From the NCBI GenBank assembly GCA_965209055.1, contig OZ242374.1, positions 1,344,001 through 1,408,000 on the forward strand: a stretch of DNA of 64,000 bases, read 5' to 3'. Positions 39,408 to 49,585 of this stretch are shown here, piece after piece. A program made the position numbers and the translations under genes. The number at the start of each line of letters is the position of its first letter. The first letter of the stretch is position 1. The DNA is from Acidobacteriota bacterium. Lineage in GTDB: Bacteria > Acidobacteriota > UBA6911 > RPQK01 > JAJDTT01. The notes under the pieces are model-generated. The model worked only from the letters and a program-made list of their open reading frames with translations. It did no database searches and was not told the DNA's origin.

Positions 39408-40195
39408 GGCCCGTCGTCCTCTCCGTCATCATCCCCGCATACAACGAGGAGAACCGGCTGGGAGCCAGTCTCGGGAGAATCATCTCCTACCTGGAGGACC
39501 GCCGCCGTCCCTTCGAACTTCTGGTCGTAGACGACGGCTCGTCCGATAAAACGGTGCGGACCGCCATTTCGGCGGTGCGGGACCGTGGGAGCGAAGAGTG
39601 TCTCCGGATCCTGCAGAACGGGACCAACCGGGGCAAGGGCTACAGTGTCCGCCGCGGAATGCTCGCCGCCCGCGGGACGCACGCCCTCCTCACCGACGCG
39701 GATCTGAGCACTCCCATCGAGGAGGTCGCCAAGCTGGAACGGGAGATGACCCGCGGCAACCATCAGATCGCGTTTGGGTCGAGGGGCCTGACGGACTCCC
39801 GGATCCGGAAGCGCCAGAGCATATTCCGGGAAACGGCCGGAAAGATTTTCAACTTGGCCATGAGACTCTTGACGGGATTGCCGTACTGCGACACCCAGTG
39901 CGGATTCAAGCTGTTCGAATTGGAATCATGCCGCGTCCTGTTCCGGAAGCAGCGGCTGACGAGCTATGCCTTCGACGTGGAAATCCTTTATCTTGCCCGC
40001 AAGGCCGAGCTGGCGGCTCGAGAGGTCGGGGTCATCTGGCGACACCACTCCGACAGCAGGATCCGCCTCCTCAGAGACGGCGCCGGACTCCTGCAGGGTC
40101 TGGTCTCCATCCGTTGGAACGATCTGCTCGGCCGCTACGACCGGGATGAACGAGACCAGAATCGACGAACGACAACCGAGGGGAGCGACTCATGA
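39404..40195 (+). CDS. GT2 glycosyltransferase (dolichyl/polyprenyl-phosphate glycosyltransferase-like)
   Basis: [34 protein letters not shown]. Confidence 0.9.
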   Translation: MRPVVLSVIIPAYNEENRLGASLGRIISYLEDRRRPFELLVVDDGSSDKTVRTAISAVRDRGSEECLRILQNGTNRGKGYSVRRGMLAARGTHALLTDADLSTPIEEVAKLEREMTRGNHQIAFGSRGLTDSRIRKRQSIFRETAGKIFNLAMRLLTGLPYCDTQCGFKLFELESCRVLFRKQRLTSYAFDVEILYLARKAELAAREVGVIWRHHSDSRIRLLRDGAGLLQGLVSIRWNDLLGRYDRDERDQNRRTTTEGSDS

Positions 40196-40926
40196 CCAGA
40201 CTGGGTGTGAATGTGGACCACGTGGCCACGGTTCGGCAGGCTCGCCGGGCCCCCGAACCGGATCCGGTGACGGCGGCGCTGCTGGCCGAGTTGGCGGGCG
40301 CCGACGGCATCACCGTACACTTGCGCGGAGACCGGCGCCATATTCGAGAGCGGGACGTGCGGTTGCTGCGGGAGGTCGTCACCACCCGGCTCAACCTGGA
40401 AATGGCCGTCACCGAAGAGATGATGGAGATCGCGGGCCGGCTCCGCCCCAATACCGCCACCCTGGTGCCCGAAACCGATGAAGAGGTCACCACCGAGGGC
40501 GGACTGGATGTGATGGCGCGTCCCCAATCGGTCCGTTCCGCGATCCGAACCCTGGAAGGAGCCGGGATGGAGGTTTCCCTGTTCATCGATCCCGACCTGG
40601 ATCAGTTGGATGCCGCCTCCCGGATCGGCGCAGGCCTGGTGGAACTCAACACGGCAGCCTATGCCGAGGCCGTGCCCAAGGGATTGTCGGAGCATGAACC
40701 GGGCTACCGGCGGGAATTGGACAAGATGGTCGAAGCCTCGGAATTTGCCGCGGCCCGGGGCATTCGGGTCCTGGCCGGTCACGGCCTGACCTATCGAAAC
40801 GTCCGGCCCATATCGCGAATCCCACAGGTCGAAGAACTCAACATCGGACACAACATCGTGGCGCGAGCCACTCTGGTGGGCATGGAGCGCGCCGTCAGAG
40901 AGATGCTCGGCGCCATGAACGCATGA
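40192..40926 (+). CDS. pdxJ: Pyridoxine 5'-phosphate synthase
   Basis: [38 protein letters not shown]. Confidence 0.96.
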   Translation: MTRLGVNVDHVATVRQARRAPEPDPVTAALLAELAGADGITVHLRGDRRHIRERDVRLLREVVTTRLNLEMAVTEEMMEIAGRLRPNTATLVPETDEEVTTEGGLDVMARPQSVRSAIRTLEGAGMEVSLFIDPDLDQLDAASRIGAGLVELNTAAYAEAVPKGLSEHEPGYRRELDKMVEASEFAAARGIRVLAGHGLTYRNVRPISRIPQVEELNIGHNIVARATLVGMERAVREMLGAMNA

Positions 40927-41825
40927 ATTCCGAGAGAGGTCTTCTCCCGCCTGAAAACGCCTCGCCTGGAACTCTGCATGTACTGGCCACGCCATTGGGC
41001 CACCTGGGGGATCTGAGCCCGCGGGCGCGCGAAATCCTCGCGTCCGTCGATCTCATCGCCTGCGAAGACACCCGGCATTCGGGAAGGCTGCTCGCCGGTT
41101 TCGCCATCCGGACTCCCACCGTCAGCTACCACGAACACAACGAAACGTCTCAGGCCCGGACCCTGTTGGACCGCCTCCGGCGGGGCCGGAACATCGCCCT
41201 GATCAGCAATGCCGGCACACCCCTGGTTTCGGACCCCGGTTACCGCCTGGTCAAGCTCTGCCGGAAGAACTCGATTCCGGTCTCACCGGTTCCCGGTCCC
41301 TCGGCCGCCATCGCCGCTCTGTCGGTTTCCGGCCTTCCCACCGATCGATTTCTGTTTGCCGGTTTCCTTCCCAGGCAATCCGGATCCATGCGGCGCGAGC
41401 TGAAGGCGCTGAAGGATTTGAAGGCAACGCTGATTCTCTATGTGGCGCCGCACCGGCTGGCCGCCACCCTGGAGATGGCCCGGGAGGTCCTGGGCGATCG
41501 TCACGCCTGCCTGGCCAGGGAGATGACCAAGATCCACGAAAGCTTCACCCTGGGAACCCTGAGCGAGATACCCTCCCGGGCCGGCACCCGGCCGAAAGGG
41601 GAGTGCACGCTGGTCATCGAAGGGGCGGCATCCCAGCCGTCAGCAGCTCCCAACCTGGACCTGGAAGCCTACGTGGAAGGACTGATGCAGGTTCGGGATC
41701 TGACTCGCAGTCAGGCCGTACGATCCGCCGCGCGCGCCTTGGGGCTCCGCCGCCGCGAGGTCTACCGCCGCTGCCTCGAAGCTGAAGAGCTGTCCGGGCG
41801 CCGTGCGGAATCCGATCAAATCTGA
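40923..41825 (+). CDS. rsmI: 16S rRNA (cytidine(1402)-2'-O)-methyltransferase
   Basis: [34 protein letters not shown]. Confidence 0.93.
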   Translation: MNSERGLLPPENASPGTLHVLATPLGHLGDLSPRAREILASVDLIACEDTRHSGRLLAGFAIRTPTVSYHEHNETSQARTLLDRLRRGRNIALISNAGTPLVSDPGYRLVKLCRKNSIPVSPVPGPSAAIAALSVSGLPTDRFLFAGFLPRQSGSMRRELKALKDLKATLILYVAPHRLAATLEMAREVLGDRHACLAREMTKIHESFTLGTLSEIPSRAGTRPKGECTLVIEGAASQPSAAPNLDLEAYVEGLMQVRDLTRSQAVRSAARALGLRRREVYRRCLEAEELSGRRAESDQI

Positions 41826-41909
41826 GGAAATATGCAGAATATCTGCAATTCGGTCGGAATATTCTCACTCAACTTGACTGAGCACCATTATTTTCTGTAT
41901 AAATATGAA
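41823..41909 (+). promoter_or_regulatory. Sigma70-type promoter with ARG-box-like operators upstream of the arg operon
   Basis: TTGACT (41874-41879) N18 TATAAA (41898-41903); TGTATAAATATGAA (41896-41909) matches the ArgR core TGnAT-N4-ATnCA except one base; palindrome TGCAGA-ATA-TCTGCA (41833-41847). Confidence 0.65.
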
Positions 41910-41941
41910 TTCTTGCCCCTGAGCGGGACGGGTGACAGAGC

Positions 41942-43027
41942 ATGAGCGACTTCAAGCACGCCGCGAGTCTAGGGACGCCCGGACAGACCAGGGTCGACGC
42001 CATCTCCTCGGTGGTTTCCCGCCTCAAGCTTCCCCGGACCCTCCGGCTGGGACAACCGGACCAGGTTGACTACGGCCAAGTCGTGGCGGCCCGCGTCCGG
42101 AGCGTGAATCTTTCCTATCCCGTGTTGGAGACCACCGGCAGCCGGAGTGTCCGCCTCCGGGAGGGCATGCGAATCGTCGGCGCGCTGGGCGCCCGCCGGG
42201 CACTCCACGGGTTCTCGGGACGTTTGCCGGAGCGGCTCGTCCCGGGAGCGGGCTTCCACCTTCTGAACAAAGGGGGCGTGATGGGCGAATGCACCGCCTT
42301 TCATCGCGCCCTGGGATGGCCGGCGGCACTCGAGTATCTGGGGACCGTACGCCGGAACGGAGGGTACCTGAGTCTTCGGGACGGCGCTCTTCCCTCGCTA
42401 TCCCATTCCCTTCCCCGAATTCCCGTGATCCTGGTGCTGGGAACCAGCATGAACTCGGGGAAGACCGCCGTCTGCAAGCAGATCCTCCGGCTTTTCTCCC
42501 AAAAAGGCTTCAACGTCAACGCGGGCAAAGTGGCCGGAGTGGCAGCGCGCGCCGACCTGGATGCGATGCGCAAGAGCGGGGCCGGGCGGGTCTTGAGCTT
42601 TCATGACCTGGGACTTCCCTCCAGCGCCCACTTGTCCGATCTCTCCACCGTCGCCCGGTCTCTGGTGCACCACTTGTCCTCCCCGGCGCCCGACTTCGCC
42701 CTCCTGGAAGCCGGCGACGGGATTCTGGGCGGTTATCGCGTCGATTCCCTGCTCCGTGACGATCAGTTGCTGGAACGAATCGTTTGCGTCGTCCTGTGCG
42801 CCAATGACCTGATGGGCGTCTGGGGATCCCTGGAGTGGTTGCGCCAGCAAGGTCACGACCCCCAGGGATTGTCGCTTCTGGTGTCCGGCCCCGCCACCGA
42901 CAGCGCCGAGGGAATCCGGTACGTCGAGCGGCATTTCCAGGTCCCTGCGGCCAATGCCTTCGAGAGTTCCGGAAAACTGTGCACCTTCATCCTGGAACGG
43001 TTGATACCATGGTCAAGATCGGCATAG
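41942..43027 (+). CDS. DUF1611-like P-loop domain protein, first gene of the arg operon
   Basis: VGALG.R.A..GFSG, LLNKGGVMG, P-loop GTSMNSGKT, AGKVAGVA, LEAGDGILG; overlaps the argC start. Confidence 0.8.
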   Translation: MSDFKHAASLGTPGQTRVDAISSVVSRLKLPRTLRLGQPDQVDYGQVVAARVRSVNLSYPVLETTGSRSVRLREGMRIVGALGARRALHGFSGRLPERLVPGAGFHLLNKGGVMGECTAFHRALGWPAALEYLGTVRRNGGYLSLRDGALPSLSHSLPRIPVILVLGTSMNSGKTAVCKQILRLFSQKGFNVNAGKVAGVAARADLDAMRKSGAGRVLSFHDLGLPSSAHLSDLSTVARSLVHHLSSPAPDFALLEAGDGILGGYRVDSLLRDDQLLERIVCVVLCANDLMGVWGSLEWLRQQGHDPQGLSLLVSGPATDSAEGIRYVERHFQVPAANAFESSGKLCTFILERLIPWSRSA

Positions 43028-44019
43028 CCGGCGGGTCGGGATACAGCGGCGGGGAACTGATCCGCAATCTGGCCAAACATCCCCAGGCACAGTTGCGCTG
43101 GATCTCCTCCCGGCAGTTTACCGGCCAACCCGTGGCCTCCCTCTATCCCAACCTGCGGGGATTCGTGGATTGCCGTTTCGACAGTCTGGATTCTCTTCCG
43201 GACACGGATCTGGACGTCCTTTTCCTGGCGTTGCCCCACGGCCATGCCATGAAGATCCTGCCGCGGCTTCCCCGCGACCTGGTCGTCATCGACCTGAGCG
43301 GGGATTTTCGCATTTCCGATGCCGCCGTCTTCGAGCAGCACTACGGAATTCCCCAGGAGGCGCCGCAACATCAGTCATCGTTCGTCTATGGACTTCCCGA
43401 GATTCTTCGGGACCGGATCCGCCGGAGCTCGCGGGTCGCCAATCCAGGCTGCTTCGCCACCGCAACCATTCTTGCCCTCCACCCCCTATACCGGGAGGGG
43501 TGGGTCAAGGGACCCGTTTTCGTTGACACCAAGACCGGATCTTCCGGGGCCGGGCGGGGACCCGGCGCCAAGACCCACCACCCCCGGCGGAGCAACAGCT
43601 TCTTTCCCTACAAGCCGTTTCGCCACCAGCACGTGGCCGAAATCTCGCAGCTCCTGGACACCGCCGCCCATCCGCTGGTCTTCCAGACCTATTCCACACC
43701 CCTGGTCCGGGGCATTTTTGCCAGCCACTACATGGAATTGGACCGGCCGCTGCGGGATGACGAGGTCCGGGACCTCTACTCCGGCTACTACGGAGATGAG
43801 TTCTTCGTTCGATGGGCCGGGAAAGATCCGGATATCAACTTCGTCCGCAACGGGAACTTCGTGGATCTGGGGGCCGCCCACGACGACCGGTTCCTCATTG
43901 TCTGGTCGACGCTGGACAATCTTCAAAAAGGGGCCGCCGGCCAGGCCATTCAGAATATGAACCTGATCTGCGGCCTCCCGGAAACCATGGGACTCGATTT
44001 CCCTCCGTCGCACCCGTGA
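43009..44019 (+). CDS. argC: N-acetyl-gamma-glutamyl-phosphate reductase
   Basis: GGSGYSGGEL, ALPHG, DLSGDFR, ANPGCF.T, SGAG, DNLQKGAAGQAIQNMN. Confidence 0.93.
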   Translation: MVKIGIAGGSGYSGGELIRNLAKHPQAQLRWISSRQFTGQPVASLYPNLRGFVDCRFDSLDSLPDTDLDVLFLALPHGHAMKILPRLPRDLVVIDLSGDFRISDAAVFEQHYGIPQEAPQHQSSFVYGLPEILRDRIRRSSRVANPGCFATATILALHPLYREGWVKGPVFVDTKTGSSGAGRGPGAKTHHPRRSNSFFPYKPFRHQHVAEISQLLDTAAHPLVFQTYSTPLVRGIFASHYMELDRPLRDDEVRDLYSGYYGDEFFVRWAGKDPDINFVRNGNFVDLGAAHDDRFLIVWSTLDNLQKGAAGQAIQNMNLICGLPETMGLDFPPSHP

Positions 44020-44045
44020 CGGACCCCACTCGACAGGGAGAGAAA

Positions 44046-45215
44046 ATGGGAGAAACTGCCAACACCGTCATGGAAACGGAGGACCGTTACCAGCTCAAGA
44101 CCTACGCCAAACTACCGTTGGTGCTGGACCGGGGCCGAGGCTGCCATGTCTATGACCAGGACGGAAACGAATACCTGGACCTGTACGGCGGTCACGCCGT
44201 GGTCTCGACCGGCCACTGCCACCCGCGGGTGGTGGAAGCCCTGCGCACTCAGGCCGAGGACATTCTCTTCTATTCCAACGTGGTCTACAGTTCCGTGCGG
44301 GCTCGGGCGGCAAAGAAGTTGATGGAACTGGCGGGACCGCCCTACTGGCAGGCGTTCCTGGCCAATTCGGGCAGCGAGGCCAACGAGAACGCCATCAAGT
44401 TGGCGCGCGCCCTGACCGGCCGGGCCACGGTGATCTCCCTGTCCGACTCCTTTCACGGACGCACCTACGGGAGTCTTTCCAGCACCGGCGTTTCCAATTA
44501 TGCAGCGTATCTGAACACACCCGTCCCCGGTCATCGAATTCTGGATCTCCAGGATGTCGCCGATTCGGTCGATTCGGATACGGCGGCCGTCCTGCTGGAG
44601 CCGATCCGGAGCATGGGGGGAGTGGAGGAAGTCCCGGAGGAGACTCTCCGTGAGATCCACGACGCCTGCCGGACGCATGGGGCCTTCCTCATTTTCGACG
44701 AGGTTCAGACCGGAGTCGGGCGAACCGGCAGCTTCCTTTACGCCGGCACCGGCGGAATCTACCCCGAGATGGTCACCCTGGCCAAGGGGATCGCGTCGGG
44801 CGTTCCCGCCAGTGCGCTTCTGGTGACCCGCGAGGTGGCGGATCAGGTGCGGTCCGGAGACATGGGAGCGACCTTCGGCGGAGCTCCCGTCGCCTGCGCC
44901 GCCATGGAAGCCACGCTTCAGGTTCTGGAAGAGGAAGACCTCATCCGGAATGCGGCCCGGATCGGCAACTATCTGCGGGAGCAGTTGGAAGGCTTGCCCT
45001 GGGTCACGGAGGTCCGGGGGAAAGGGCTCCTGCTCGGCATCAAGATATCCGGGGGCACGGCCAAGGATCTGGGACGATTCCTGCGGACCCGGAGGATCCT
45101 GACCGGAACCTCCAGCGATCCGTCGGTGCTCCGTCTCATGCCGCCGCTCACTCTTGCACGCGAACAGGCCGACACTTTCCTGGAGGCGATCCGCAGTTAT
45201 GAACCTGGTCATTAA
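44046..45215 (+). CDS. argD: Acetylornithine aminotransferase
   Basis: NSGSEANENAIK, FHGRT, FDEVQTG.GRTG, TLAKG; context between argC and argB. Confidence 0.88.
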   Translation: MGETANTVMETEDRYQLKTYAKLPLVLDRGRGCHVYDQDGNEYLDLYGGHAVVSTGHCHPRVVEALRTQAEDILFYSNVVYSSVRARAAKKLMELAGPPYWQAFLANSGSEANENAIKLARALTGRATVISLSDSFHGRTYGSLSSTGVSNYAAYLNTPVPGHRILDLQDVADSVDSDTAAVLLEPIRSMGGVEEVPEETLREIHDACRTHGAFLIFDEVQTGVGRTGSFLYAGTGGIYPEMVTLAKGIASGVPASALLVTREVADQVRSGDMGATFGGAPVACAAMEATLQVLEEEDLIRNAARIGNYLREQLEGLPWVTEVRGKGLLLGIKISGGTAKDLGRFLRTRRILTGTSSDPSVLRLMPPLTLAREQADTFLEAIRSYEPGH

Positions 45216-46014
45216 GCTGAGCGGCAAGGTCCTGGAACAGGAGGACTTCCGCCGGGCTCTCAGCCGCCAGATCACGTCCCTGGTTCGCGCGCCTCACCGG
45301 GTCCTTTTGATCCACGGAGGCGGCAAGCAGCTCTCCAGCCTCTGCGAACGGCTGGGGATTCCGGTGGTGCAGCACGAGGGCCGCCGGGTGACCGACGAAC
45401 CGACGTTGGACGCGGCCAAGATGGTCTTCTCGGCCGCCAACCGGGACCTGGTCGCGTCGTTGAATTCCTGCGGCGCCAGAGCCCTCGGCTTTGCCAGCTT
45501 CGATGCCGGACTGGTCCGCTGCCGCCGCCGGGGACCGATCCCGGTGCGGACGGCCGGGAGCAACGGTGCCGAGAAACGGCTTGTGGATTTCGGTCTCGTG
45601 GGAGAGATCGAGAGTGTGGACCCTCGCCTGATAAAAGATCTCTGGACAGCGAATCTGCTCCCGGTGGTGAGCTGTCTGTGCGCAACCGGTGACGGCCGGA
45701 TTCTCAATATCAACGCCGACACCCTGGCGGCGCGACTCGCCACGGCGTTGCGGGCCGACCGCCTCGTGTCGGTGACCGACGTGGAAGGTCTCTATCTGGA
45801 TGACTTTCGCGAGACCGTTCCCCGGCTGACCGCGGGGGAGGTCCGAATGCACCTGCGGTCCGGCGCCATCAGCGGCGGAATGATCCCCAAGATGCAGACG
45901 GCCTTGAAGGCACTGGAGCAGCAGATTCCCATGGTGCAGATCGTGGGCGGATTGTCGCCCAACGGGCTGATCCGGGGAATCGAGGGGGCGGCAGGAACCA
46001 GCATCGTCCCCTGA
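45199..46014 (+). CDS. argB: Acetylglutamate kinase
   Basis: VIKLSG, HGGG, GRRVTD, NINAD, TDVEG, GGMIPK. Confidence 0.92.
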   Translation: MNLVIKLSGKVLEQEDFRRALSRQITSLVRAPHRVLLIHGGGKQLSSLCERLGIPVVQHEGRRVTDEPTLDAAKMVFSAANRDLVASLNSCGARALGFASFDAGLVRCRRRGPIPVRTAGSNGAEKRLVDFGLVGEIESVDPRLIKDLWTANLLPVVSCLCATGDGRILNINADTLAARLATALRADRLVSVTDVEGLYLDDFRETVPRLTAGEVRMHLRSGAISGGMIPKMQTALKALEQQIPMVQIVGGLSPNGLIRGIEGAAGTSIVP

Positions 46015-46042
46015 CGATATGCCGGCTCCGGACAGGTCCAGG

Positions 46043-47542
46043 TCAGGCGCCCAGAGCCAGAGAGGGCCTCACCAAACCCAACTCCTGCTCCAAAACGTGC
46101 GCCACCCTCAGTAGCCGGCCTTCCTTGAAGTGGGGGCCCAGCAACTGCAGTCCGATGGGCACTCCCTCAGCCGTGTAGCCGCAAGTTGTGGCCACTCCGG
46201 GAATGCCCGCCAGGTTGGCAGTGACCGTATACACATCCGACAAGTACATCTCCAAGGGATCGGCGGTCTTGTCGCCCTGCGGAAAGGGCAGCGACGGGGC
46301 GGTGGGACCCATCAGGACGTCCGCCCGCTCGAATGCTCTGAAGTAGTCCTCCTTGATCAGGGTTCGGACCTTGCTGGCCTTGAGGTAGTACGCATCGTAG
46401 TACCCGGCGCTCAAGACATAGGTCCCGATCATGATCCGCCGCTTGACTTCGTCTCCGAATCCTTCGTTGCGGCTGTTCCGGTAGGTTTCCTCCAGGGCCC
46501 CGGACCTGCTGCTCCGATGGCCGTATCGCATTCCGTCGTAGCGAGCCAGATTCGAGCTGGCCTCGGCCAGTGCGATGATGTAGTAGGTGGCAATCGCGAA
46601 CTCCGTATGGGGCAGATCGACCTCCACGACCTCGCATCCGGCCGCCTCCAGCCTGGCTGCCGCGCGCCGGACCGCGGTTTCGATCCGCGGGTCCAGACCG
46701 GAAGCGAACCACTCCACCGGAAGACCGATCCTCAGGCCCCGGATGTCCCCGTCCAGGGCCGCTACGTAATCGTCCGGCGGCCGCCGTGCGGAGGTCGAGT
46801 CCAATGGATCGTAGCCGGATACGACCTGCAGAATCATGGCCGCGTCACGTGCGGTGCGGGCCAGCGGTCCAATCTGGTCCAGTGAGGAGGCAAAGGCCAC
46901 CAGCCCGTAGCGGGAAACCCTTCCGTAGGTCGGTTTCAAACCGACGACGCCACAGAAGGCGGCAGGCTGGCGAATCGAGCCGCCGGTGTCGCTTCCCAGG
47001 GCGCCCGGCGCCTCGAGCGCAGCCACCGCCGCGGCCGATCCTCCGCTTGACCCGCCGGGAACCCGGTTGAGGTCCCAGGGATTGCGGGTGGGGAAGAAAC
47101 CCGAGTTCTCGGTGGTGGAACCCATGGCGAACTCGTCCAGGTTGGTCTTTCCCAGAATCAGCCCTCCGCCGGCCCGGAGACGGGCGACCGATGTGGCTTC
47201 GTAGGGGGGAACGTAACGCTCCAGAATCCGGGACCCGCAGGTCGTCCGCATTCCCCGGGTGACGATATTGTCCTTCACGGCCAAGGGAATCCCGGTCAAC
47301 AGGCCGACCTCCCGTTCTCCCGAAGCCAGAGCTTGATCCAGCGCCCGGGCCTCTTCCAGCAGAGTCTCCGCAGCCAGGCTGAGGAAGGCCTGGACCTTGG
47401 GATCGCGGGACCGGATCCGCCGCAGGTAGGCCTCGGCGATTTCCAACGACGAGATCTGCCGGTTCCTGATTCCCCGGTGCAGTTGGGCAATGGACAGATC
47501 GCAGATTTCGGACGACGGCCGGGGCGACTCGTATTCCATCAC
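46043..47542 (-). CDS. gatA: Asp/Glu-tRNA amidotransferase subunit A
   Basis: GKTNLDEFAMGS, PGGSSGGS, GSDTGGSIRQPA, EVKRRIMIGTYVLSAGYYDAYY. Confidence 0.96.
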   Translation of the reverse strand: MMEYESPRPSSEICDLSIAQLHRGIRNRQISSLEIAEAYLRRIRSRDPKVQAFLSLAAETLLEEARALDQALASGEREVGLLTGIPLAVKDNIVTRGMRTTCGSRILERYVPPYEATSVARLRAGGGLILGKTNLDEFAMGSTTENSGFFPTRNPWDLNRVPGGSSGGSAAAVAALEAPGALGSDTGGSIRQPAAFCGVVGLKPTYGRVSRYGLVAFASSLDQIGPLARTARDAAMILQVVSGYDPLDSTSARRPPDDYVAALDGDIRGLRIGLPVEWFASGLDPRIETAVRRAAARLEAAGCEVVEVDLPHTEFAIATYYIIALAEASSNLARYDGMRYGHRSSRSGALEETYRNSRNEGFGDEVKRRIMIGTYVLSAGYYDAYYLKASKVRTLIKEDYFRAFERADVLMGPTAPSLPFPQGDKTADPLEMYLSDVYTVTANLAGIPGVATTCGYTAEGVPIGLQLLGPHFKEGRLLRVAHVLEQELGLVRPSLALGA

Positions 47543-47835
47543 TCGATGACCCTGGGCACCCGGAAGTACCCCTTTCGGGCCTTGGGCGCCCCCTCAAGGA
47601 CGGCCTCCGGCGCCAGAGAGGGCCGGGTCCGGTCGGGACGAACGGCACCCTCGTCCGGGATCTCCGCCAAGCCGTGGTAGGTCGGCTCCACACCTTCCGT
47701 GTCCACCTGCTGGAGTTGTTCGAAATAGTCCAGAATCCGTTGAAATTGGCCGACGAACCGTTCCAGCTCACCGGGCGAGAACTCGAGATGGGCCAATTCG
47801 GCGATTCTTCGGACCTCTTTGGGAGTAATGCTCAT
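47539..47835 (-). CDS. gatC: Asp/Glu-tRNA amidotransferase subunit C
   Basis: EVRRIAELAHL, VDTEGVEPT, YFRVPRVIE. Confidence 0.93.
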   Translation of the reverse strand: MSITPKEVRRIAELAHLEFSPGELERFVGQFQRILDYFEQLQQVDTEGVEPTYHGLAEIPDEGAVRPDRTRPSLAPEAVLEGAPKARKGYFRVPRVIE

Positions 47836-48788
47836 GGGACCCTCTTGTCGAGAACCGAATCCGACTTCATTCCGTACTTGCGGGCCAGCCGCACATCCGA
47901 TCCAAGTTGCCGTTTCAAGGCATCGAGATTGGAGAACCGCCTTTCCGAACGCAGCCTGAACCAGAAATCGAGCGCCATGGACTCTCCATAGAGGTCGCAG
48001 TCCGCATCCAGCAAGTAGGTCTCGACCACCGGCCTGGCCGCGGGTTCGCCCAATGTGGGCCGGTAGCCGACGTTTGTAGCGCCGACAAAAACAGCGCCGT
48101 TGACCGTCGCTCGAGTCACATAGACCCCGGTTGCCGGTATGAGTTCGCTGGCGGGCTGAAGGTTCGCTGTCGGGAAACCCAGGTCGGCGCCTCTGCCCGA
48201 TCCCCTCACCACCGTTCCCAGAATCTGATAGGGCCGGTTCAGGAGGCGCCGGCAGAGCGCCACCCTCCCTTGGCCCAAGTGCTTGCGGACGACCGTGCTG
48301 CTGACACGCCGCCCCCGGAAACGAACCGAATCGATGGCAAAGACATGGAACCCGAACTTCCGCCCCAGGGATTCCAGGGTCTTGAAATCGCCTGTTCTCC
48401 CGTACCCGAAACGAAAGTTGCTCCCCACGTGGATCTCCTTGACGCCACGGGAACCCAGGACGTCCCTGACGAAACGCTCCGGACTGAATCGGGAGACCTG
48501 CCGGCTGAAGGGGTACCGAACCAGGATGTCCAAACCCAACTCTTCGAGGAGCCGATGCTTCTGCACCGGCAACTGCAGGAGGGAAGGCGCATCCGCGGGT
48601 GAAATGATCTTCTGGGGATGAGGGGAGAAGGTGAGGAGGATCCCGGTCCCGTTTACTTCCCGAGCCCGCTGAACCACCCGTCTGACAATCGCCTGGTGCC
48701 CCAGGTGGAGTCCGTCGAAAACTCCTATCGTGGCCACCGGATAGGGCAACCCGGGAGGAAGTTTGTTCAGGTCGTCAATGATCTGCAT
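47832..48788 (-). CDS. ribF: Bifunctional riboflavin kinase/FAD synthetase
   Basis: GVFDGLHLGHQ, VSST, GFPTANL, NVGYRPT. Confidence 0.95.
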   Translation of the reverse strand: MQIIDDLNKLPPGLPYPVATIGVFDGLHLGHQAIVRRVVQRAREVNGTGILLTFSPHPQKIISPADAPSLLQLPVQKHRLLEELGLDILVRYPFSRQVSRFSPERFVRDVLGSRGVKEIHVGSNFRFGYGRTGDFKTLESLGRKFGFHVFAIDSVRFRGRRVSSTVVRKHLGQGRVALCRRLLNRPYQILGTVVRGSGRGADLGFPTANLQPASELIPATGVYVTRATVNGAVFVGATNVGYRPTLGEPAARPVVETYLLDADCDLYGESMALDFWFRLRSERRFSNLDALKRQLGSDVRLARKYGMKSDSVLDKRVP

Positions 48789-48829
48789 GTTCCTTCACAG
48801 TCCGTGGGAGGCCGCGGCTGCGGCTCGAG

Positions 48830-49585
48830 TCATACCTCCAGGACAAGACCGTCATGGGCCAGACTGACTGAATCCGGCAGGTAGGCATTCCCCTCGTCAT
48901 GATCCACCTCGTGGCAGATATGGACCAGGTAGGTTCGCTCGGGCCGAATGCGAGCCGCCGCCTCGACGGCTTCGGACAGACTGAAATGCGTTGGATGACT
49001 CTGGTAACGAAGACCGTCCAGCACCAGGCACTCCACCCCCTGCAGACGCTCGAAGCTGACCTCCGGAATGTAGCTCACATCGGTCAGGTACGCGAAACGT
49101 CCGATACGGAAACCCAGCACCGGCATCCGGCCATGCATGAGGTCGATGGGCTCGATCTCCAGGTCGCCCACTCGGAACCGGCCATCAACCGGAATCAACT
49201 CGACGCTGGGAACGCCGGGATATCCCTTGCCGTCGAAGAGGTGCCGAAAGGTCACCGCGATCTCTTTGAGCGTGGCCTCACTCCCATAGGCGGGCACCGT
49301 CCGCTCCGACCACATGTTGAACGGGTAGACGTCGTCGAGGCCCAGAATATGGTCCACGTGAGAATGGGTATAGAGGAGGGCGTCGAGATGACGAACTCCG
49401 TACTTGAGCATTTGGACGCGGAAGTCGACGGAAGTATCGATGACCAGTGTCACCGTTCCCTGGATCAGAAGCGAACTGCGCAGCCGATGGTTTTTCGGAT
49501 CGTCCGACAGGCAAACCTTGCAATCACATCCGATGACGGGAATCCCGCGAGAGGTCCCGGTTCCAAGAAACGTCACCCGCATCAC
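48830..49585 (-). CDS. MBL-fold metallo-hydrolase (PhnP-like)
   Basis: FLGTGTS.GIPVIGC.C.VC, THSHVDH, AYLTD. Confidence 0.9.
   Translation of the reverse strand: MMRVTFLGTGTSRGIPVIGCDCKVCLSDDPKNHRLRSSLLIQGTVTLVIDTSVDFRVQMLKYGVRHLDALLYTHSHVDHILGLDDVYPFNMWSERTVPAYGSEATLKEIAVTFRHLFDGKGYPGVPSVELIPVDGRFRVGDLEIEPIDLMHGRMPVLGFRIGRFAYLTDVSYIPEVSFERLQGVECLVLDGLRYQSHPTHFSLSEAVEAAARIRPERTYLVHICHEVDHDEGNAYLPDSVSLAHDGLVLEV

Noticed and set aside
41942-46014. LysW-carrier (lysYJZ/argX) pathway
   Set aside because: No small EDWGE-ending carrier gene or RimK-like ATP-grasp ligase in the locus; it cannot be excluded elsewhere in the genome
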